43,334 nt of DNA from Nemertoderma westbladi (lineage: Eukaryota > Animalia > Xenacoelomorpha): positions 1 to 43,334 of the forward strand of contig JAUCBJ010000311.1 in NCBI GenBank assembly GCA_032718475.1, in the 5' to 3' direction. Made by a program: the position numbers and the translations under genes. Within the stretch, counting starts at the first letter, position 1; each line of letters starts with the position of its first letter. Positions 36,911 through 43,334 of the stretch are shown here, piece after piece. The notes under the pieces are model-generated. The model made no database searches and was not told the DNA's origin. It saw nothing but the letters and a program-made list of their open reading frames with translations.

Positions 36911-37769
36911 AAAGGTGTTATTATAAATTAAAGATGTGAGACGAGTACGTTGTACGTTGTATACCTAGGATTATTATAGCTAAACCGTCTATACACTACA
37001 GTTAACCCTTTACTGGTAAAGGGCATGATGTAGCAGATTCTACTTAAACAGTAAATTCCATACTGTTGTTTGGCACTCCGTTGACAAACACATCATTTCT
37101 GAAATCCATAAATGCACTAATTACAAACTGTAGTAGTACAGTAAATAGTTGGTTTCATGTGTCCTGTGTATGTATCCCATTCTATCTGCAGTACGATAAA
37201 ATTGGAACTCTTTACAGCTATAGTTGAAGTTTGAGTTATTTACTGAGAAATTTAAACTATTAGATTATTATATAATTAATTGTGCTACAAAACCTGTAAA
37301 TTCAATAAAAAAAGTATCTGTTATTTTTGAAATTTTTCCAATTTTAAATCTGCTACTTTTGACGAATTTGACATAATAGTCAAAAATAATGTGGCCTGGA
37401 CATCAGTCACTGTTCAACATTTCCTGAAGGTCGCTCGAAGTCTGCAGGGTGGTAGCTGGTAGTTCATTCTTTATGATTAACTTATAACATGGGCTAACTT
37501 CGTTTATTGTTTTGGTTCCCCCAATCCACTTCTGTAACATGCTCCTTTATTAACCTGCGTACAGCAAAGTACAAAATAAAATAATTAGTGGCAAACAATA
37601 ATTAATATATACCTACCGTTACAGCCACCATAACGCTGTACCTTCTGACTGTACACCGTACCATTGCGTTATTGCTGAATTGCTATCATGCTATCTTATA
37701 TCTACTTATATATATAGGATATCGGCGAGCTGACGCCATGCAAACAGGGCGTTACGCAAACGCGACATA

Positions 37770-38035
37770 TGACTATTTTTGGTATCTTGTCGAAGGTACC
37801 ATCGAGATACCACTCATTGACGTTGTTTAGTTTTTCGAAAGTTCGTCGGCTGGCAATCACTATGAAACGTTTTTCCTCTAAAAGCTCATCAACTAAGATG
37901 AATTCCTCACTACTATTATCTAAGATTCGCATGTACATTGGCAGTAATTAATTGAAGATTATCTGCGTTTGCTGGCGACGGAGGACTAGCTCTCATTCTA
38001 AGTCGGTTAAGGGATCTTGTGGCACTTAATCTTGA
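37770..38035 (-). pseudogene. MULE/Mutator-type DDE transposase fragment
   Basis: RFIVIASRRTFEKLNNVNEWYLDGTFDKIPK; W-x-x-DGTF-x-x-x-P is typical around the first catalytic Asp of MULE transposases. An upstream RLRMRASPPSP segment also fits. Confidence 0.7.
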
Positions 38036-38329
38036 TCTTGGTCATATATATTATTATCGACTATAAAATATTAAACATGGCAGTCACAGTACCAATTAAC
38101 TAGTAATAGCATAGTACATGTAACACAAAATATTATAGTCCAGCTAAACATGTTGATATATATAATAATACATTGTGTTGTATATACCTAATATAAATAA
38201 TTAACTATATAGCACGTATTTTAATGATGTCATTGTTAGTAAAGTGATGTCATGTTAGGAGTATCGTAATTAATCTAATAATTGTAATTAAGTAAATAGC
38301 ATATTATGTACCGCCCTACTGTATTCAAA

Positions 38330-38990
38330 TAATAATTTACGTCTGATTGCAATTAAATCACAGTGTCGAAGCTATATAATTAAGAGAGATATTAAATACA
38401 GTATGATATGAGTAACAAAAATAAATAAGCCGATTATTTCTGGTCTAAGTGTAATTGTGCGGTTGCTATCTGGAAATCTACTGCAGTGCAGTGCAGTTAG
38501 AACGATTTTTTATGATAGTCCAGTGTTCTAGAATATGTTCCAGATCGTGGACACCACTGTTGCATGGGCAAATGCGTTGGTCCCGTGGGACGCGAGGCGA
38601 TGTCCACCGACCTGTCTCTATTCTCAAGTAGTTGGCAACCCGTCCTAAAGGGCGTCAGCATGAAACGGTCATATTCAAGAATAGAGTTGTCATAGATCGT
38701 CTTTGGAAGGGCCAGCTGTGGATTTACAACATAATATTGCGCTAGTTTGGGCGAGGAGATGGAATTAGCATTCATGATGCGTGCTTTTATTCTATCGAGG
38801 GCTTTGGTTGTTTCATGCGATAATAAATGATTCACATCCCGGAAAGAGTCAACACAGCAGAACTTATTGGTCAACACAGCTGCCACATTGTAATCAATAC
38901 TGGCGAATACCTGGTAATAACTCACTCCTGCACTATCATGTGGTCTCTGGTTGGCCAACTCCTTTAGGCAATATTTGCCTTTTCCCCTTC
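38330..38990 (-). pseudogene. 3' fragment of a LINE ORF2 (RTE-X-like C-terminal zinc-knuckle region) with 3' UTR
   Basis: ..DRFMLTPFRTGC, then a frameshift near 38625, then LRIETGRWTSPRVPRDQRICPCNSGVHDLEHILEHW. This matches the LxIExGR..PR..RxC..C..DxxH...C pattern at LINE ORF2 C-termini (last Cys mutated). Confidence 0.75.
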
Positions 38991-39689
38991 CACATCCGGT
39001 GCGTGATTATGTTCACTTGTAAACATGGGGTTAGAATACATAGAATACATACAGTTTTTAGCAAAACAATGCACCAATAAAATCCAATAAAATAAAATTC
39101 AATAAATCAAATTATTGCGGATTGTCTGTCGCCTATGCCTTGCCTGCCCATAGCACCCGAACAAAAGTTGGTCAGTTCCTCTCCTTGATGTAATTATTTC
39201 GGCCATACTTTTTGGCCAAAGCTTAATCAAAACTACAGTTAAACTGAAGTGTACTGATAGCACACCGTATTATATGATCATATATGTAGTTGCTTTGCTT
39301 CTTCCTATAATATACTTTTAGTTTCAGTGATTATTCTCAACTCCACTTTAATATTCTAATAATTTAAGGGAGATGTAGATACAGTACTGTTGCTATCTGT
39401 GAATTTCCCCACATCCCTCCTACGTATGTTCACGATAGACTGTTAGGACCAGCTGTTTAGAGGTGGGTAGGACATTATTCAAAAAGGGCCCTATGACAAC
39501 GAGACATTACGCCAAATTTAGAGCTGTTTGTCAAACGTCCTGATTGCATAACACCCTGTTTGCGTAAGGTCTCGTTTGCGTAACGTCCAGTTTGTGTAAA
39601 GTCGCATATCCTATTTTGTTGGTGAAATGTCCCGTTTGCGTAACTTCCTGTTTGTGTACTTTCCGCCGTCCAGGTTATCACCTGTAAGC

Positions 39690-40177
39690 TTAACCTCACT
39701 GGCTGTCGGCTGTGTACCTAATAGAGTCTGTATTAAACTTCCGCGAAATTAAAATATTTACAATCAATTTCCACACTGTTATAAAATCTAAAAAAATCTA
39801 AAAAAAAATACGAGTAGCAATGATCTGGAAAATGTATTCCTTTAGAATCAGCGCCCCATATAACATGAAAATATGAATTTGAGCCTGTTTCAAAATTCGA
39901 TCTGGTAACGTATGGAAAATTGCAACTTTGGACAGCACTAGCTCAAACAGATGTGCTTAAATTAAACAAAGTTTGTGCTAGGACATACCTGGGAGTGTCG
40001 GCTTTCACAAAATAAAACATTTGATTATATGCCTATGTATTCTCGTTTACTTGAGCTTAGAATGCAAAGTAACGTATGGAACTCAGAAAAATGGCTAAAT
40101 TTGCAAGTTAAAGACATTCAAATTCCTGTGAGAGGTTTGATATATACGCCTTGGCTAGTTCCTGTTCCTCGGGTTAA
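39690..40177. mobile_element. Fragment related to the 26872-28436 TTAA element
   Basis: 39813-39880 (agtagcaatgatctgg..aaatgtattcc.ttaga.tcagcgccc...tgaaaatatgaattt) matches ~27924-27999. Possible ends are TTAA|CCTC (39690) and CGGG|TTAA (40177), but these match each other poorly. Confidence 0.5.
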
Positions 40178-41774
40178 AATAACCGGAAAAATAACAAAAT
40201 ATCAGGGTAATAAATGCGTTGTTACCAACTAATCTCGGAAAAAATAACCAACTACATCAAGAAGCCACTATTAATTCACAATACAACAAACCCATCCAGA
40301 GTCCATCCATCCATCCACCCTAGTAGATTTCTAAAATGGTTTTGTTTGGGGGTAGAAATATAAAAATGGGGCTTGGGAATTTTGGGGAGAGACACTAATT
40401 ACAAATTAATAAATAACACGAGCGGCCAAGTCATAAAATAAATTAAATTGGAGAGATACGCCTATTCCTACTATCGGAAGAGACGGTAACAATACCTGCA
40501 ATATCCTACTGTAAAGTTTGTAAATCAAATCATAAATCCGACCTTCTCACCAAAACAGTAAACCCTAAGTAAGCGAATATATTGCAGTATCGATCTCTTT
40601 TAACCGGTGAGGCAGAAAACAGTCTACGAGCAGACAAACTTCGATAAAACAAATCCCGCGCAGCGAATCCTAAAATCAGGCTGACTTACTGACGGACTAA
40701 GGGGCTCGTATACTTTGCCGCGGTGTGATTTATATGGTTGGGCAAAGGGACGCTAGCTAGGTATAGAGCAGATTTGGAGATGTCTAACTAGCGAGCAAAG
40801 TGCAGTAAGGACGAAAGTTAATTTTATATATTTTGAGGTGTAAATAATTTTAACGCGCGTGTGTTAATTCTGAACGGTCAAAGCAGTTTTGCTCCTTCAC
40901 ATATATAATTACTGGGTACGGTGTGCATTTTACGAATATTCTAATTTTATAACTTGTAGGTCCAATACTCACGAATGATAAGGTTCCTTCCCCTCTTGCG
41001 TATTTCCAGGACTCAAATTCAGGCATAAGGTTAATACTACGCCCAGAATTCGGCAATTTTAGGTACCAGGTCCCTGATACTAAGAAGAGATGTGTTAGTT
41101 TACTACTGTAGGCGTACGGGTACTAATAGCTATCCTGGCTCCTATCTAGAATTTTAGTCACCCAGGTAGTCCGGGTAACTTCCTATTAGGGCGTTGGCGG
41201 GGACACGGTAGATGTTAGTATCCCTGATAGCCTCAATTTATTTGCGCCTAGCGTAAACTGCCCTACCGCCTGAACGGTACAATCCCAATTCAGGTGAAAA
41301 CACAGCAACCCCCTAGCCTACAAGTTCTGATGTAATGGACACCGTTGTACGGCAAATAGTCGCACACACACCTGTACTTAGCAAGAGTTAAGCGTACAGT
41401 TTGCTGCACCCTAACCAATGTGTATGCCTTGTACCGGTGTGCCTACGTCCTATCTGCGTACTAGTATCTGCTTTCTCTCCTCCCCCCGTAGGAATATGAA
41501 GGTCTACTGCGGTTTTTTCCTGAATCAAGACAGTACAGTCCCTATGATGTAATTTTGGGCTTACAGCGTGTCACTGCGTCTACCTTTGATCTTTTGGTCT
41601 TACACTTAGGTAGCAAGGATCGAACGCTGTCTAACCTTTCAGGCGATGGGCGAATAACTCTAAGATGGTATTGCGGGTTGTCTCTCGTCTACATTCCCGT
41701 GATGTTCCCGTTCATTGCTGCGGCCCGATCTCTAGCTGGCCATCCTGTCCCTGAGTTTGTTCACCGTAGTGAAA

Positions 41775-42003
41775 CCATATTAAAACAGATAGAAAGGCTG
41801 AGAGATGTGACTAGTATTTCTGACTTTATTACAAAACATATAATAACTATTATACAATAAACAATGTAATCTGAAATAAGACAGAAAGTGAATGATGGAA
41901 ATTGAGTAGTGATTGAGAACTAATGAACGAATCGCACCTTTATATACTAAATTTGTGCCGCAATCAATCGAGAAAATTCTCGATTGTTCTATGGGTTCTA
42001 ACA
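41775..42003 (-). mobile_element. Possible LTR (or LTR 3' part) followed by a TGG PBS-like site
   Basis: Minus strand reads TGTTAG...TATATAAAG...AATAAA...TTAATA|TGGTTTCAC, then ~1.2 kb of more GC-rich non-coding sequence. Three CCAAT motifs lie just upstream. No second LTR or gag/pol seen. Confidence 0.3.
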
Positions 42004-42155
42004 AGGTTTTAAAGATAGCTTATTGGTCCAGCTAATATATAACTTGCACGACATTGGTTACAATCAAATAACTACAGCCTTATTGGTACAGACAAATGCA
42101 ATTAATTTGTAGCGGTTAATTTAAATGAGTTGAAATTCAGCACAAAAAATAATTC

Positions 42156-42230
42156 GCACTTACTAGGATTCGAACTCGATACCTACTACACTTATAATTT
42201 CCAACGCTCTACCAACTGAGCTACTGAACC
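42156..42230 (-). other. tRNA-like Pol III head (SINE head or tRNA pseudogene)
   Basis: GGTTCAGTAGCTCAGTTGGTAGAGCG (A box/D arm) ... GAGTTCGAATCC (B box), followed by TTTTTT. Acceptor and anticodon stems do not pair. Confidence 0.7.
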
Positions 42231-42559
42231 ACCTGCCCGATAGATGCATAATAGATAGAACCAATACGAATGAGAACTCAAAGCAATCTTTACAAAGTTA
42301 ATTCGAATAAAATAAAATTTTGAAAATCCACGGCATTTAGGGAATATAATTCTATACCGCTCCATGAAAACAGGATATTATCGTGCATAAAATATACGGT
42401 TTTCACCAATAATCAATCAAACTATAGAATACTTAGGGCGTACTTACATATTTACAATTAAATTTCAAACAATACTTCCTTTTTACGTAATGATTCGATA
42501 CAAAAATAATTACAAATTCAAACTTTACGTATTTATGGCTTTACTAAGTAAGTACAATA

Positions 42560-43165
42560 TAAATCTAAATTAAATTCACCAATGTAAATCTATTGCATCT
42601 CAGATATTGCATAAATTCAAACAATTACAAATACAAATAAATGAAAACAATAAGAAAGGCTCGCAAGTCTTCCATCTACTATTGTATCTCAAATATTGCA
42701 TAAATTCAAGTAATTACAAATACTTTCGTACCTAAATGTAGATTGCATAATAATTACAAATATGAGTCTTTCTGAGCACAAATTTTTCTGTCTATAAAAC
42801 TTTCTCTTTAGGTACAAATACTGCTTATAAGATATAAATTGCATAATATTCGGAACAATATAAATTGCATAAGTTCAGAATAATATAAATTGCATAAGTT
42901 CGAAATAATCACGTAAATATAAGATATAAATTCTTACTAAATATAAATCTTACTAAATATAAGTCTTTACTTAAATATTAATATAAACTGCATAAGTTTA
43001 GAATAATAAAAACCTTGCATCTCAAATATGAAACATAAATCTTTCAAATATAAGTTCCTTCTAAATATAAACTTTCTAAATTTCATAAATTCGGAACAAT
43101 ACAAATTGCATAAGTTTTTTAAATATAAAACATATAATTCAAATAAATCACAAATCATAAGAAAG
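42560..43165. repeat. Degenerate AT-rich repeats (AAATTGCATAAGTTC-like) and a dispersed direct repeat TAAGAAAGGCTC.C.AGTCTTCC
   Basis: Many (t)tgcataa cores between 42607 and 43115; the direct repeat is at ~42651 and ~43158. Confidence 0.65.
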
Positions 43166-43200
43166 GCTCACGAGTCTTCCGTCCACCCTTGCCCTCCCTT

Positions 43201-43332
43201 TTATCGCTTAGTTGATCGAGCCCTGCCGCGTCCTCGAAAACTGCGCACAGGTGACTTTGCTCGCGATATGGGACTAATGGGGCGAGTCACTGGTTTACTT
43301 GGGACGTTGAGAGACGGTGCAACTATTTCCTC
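43201..43332 (-). CDS. Possible C-terminal end of an ORF entering from beyond the window (Pro/Ser/Arg-rich tail)
   Basis: GC-rich, open 43 codons EEIVAPSLNVPSKPVTRPISPISRAKSPVRSFRGRGRARSTKR*, followed by a purine-rich tract. No recognised domain. Confidence 0.25.
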   Translation of the reverse strand, partial: EEIVAPSLNVPSKPVTRPISPISRAKSPVRSFRGRGRARSTKR

Positions 43333-43334
43333 GC

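Larger units (their letters stand above)
37717..39671 (-). mobile_element. Internally deleted Mutator-like (MULE) element bounded by inverted ~15-bp subterminal repeats
   Basis: Left caaacagggcgttacgcaaacgcgac (37741-37766) is inverted relative to right gtcccgtttgcgtaacttcctgtttg (~39629-39654). More GTTTGCGTAA-like units at 39520-39600. A transposase fragment lies inside. No TSD found. Confidence 0.5.

Noticed and set aside
41729-41746. CTCTAGCTGGCCATC resembling the satellite unit and its left border
   Set aside because: Only ~10 bp of contiguous match, compatible with chance.
42156-42230. Functional tRNA gene
   Set aside because: A and B boxes are present, but acceptor and anticodon stems cannot form.

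Overview
AT-rich eukaryotic (probably invertebrate) repeat- and transposon-rich DNA, with no intact host gene I can support. About half the window (1124-21932) is one ~20.8-kb tandem array of a 19-bp unit (TAGCTGGAGGAGTCCC[A/C]TC, ~1,095 copies). It shows polarised variants, a 9-mer (171-bp) higher-order repeat and kb-scale internal duplications. The rest is a nest of decayed mobile DNA: a frameshifted CRE-clade non-LTR retrotransposon (RT, CCHC and restriction-like endonuclease) cut at a TTAA by a piggyBac-like non-autonomous element; a complete-looking TTAA-flanked element with ~164-bp palindrome-bearing internal repeats; CR1/L2-like and RTE-X-like LINE fragments; a MULE transposase remnant between inverted subterminal repeats; a tRNA-like Pol III head; a possible LTR; and a perfect (CAGT)391 microsatellite. 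The long QSVS and other repetitive ORFs in the track are repeat read-throughs. I found no convincing novel protein-coding system. The best leads are the internal architecture of the 19-bp satellite and a family of TTAA elements sharing termini but carrying different tandem-repeat cargoes. All family assignments come from motifs read by eye, not database searches.
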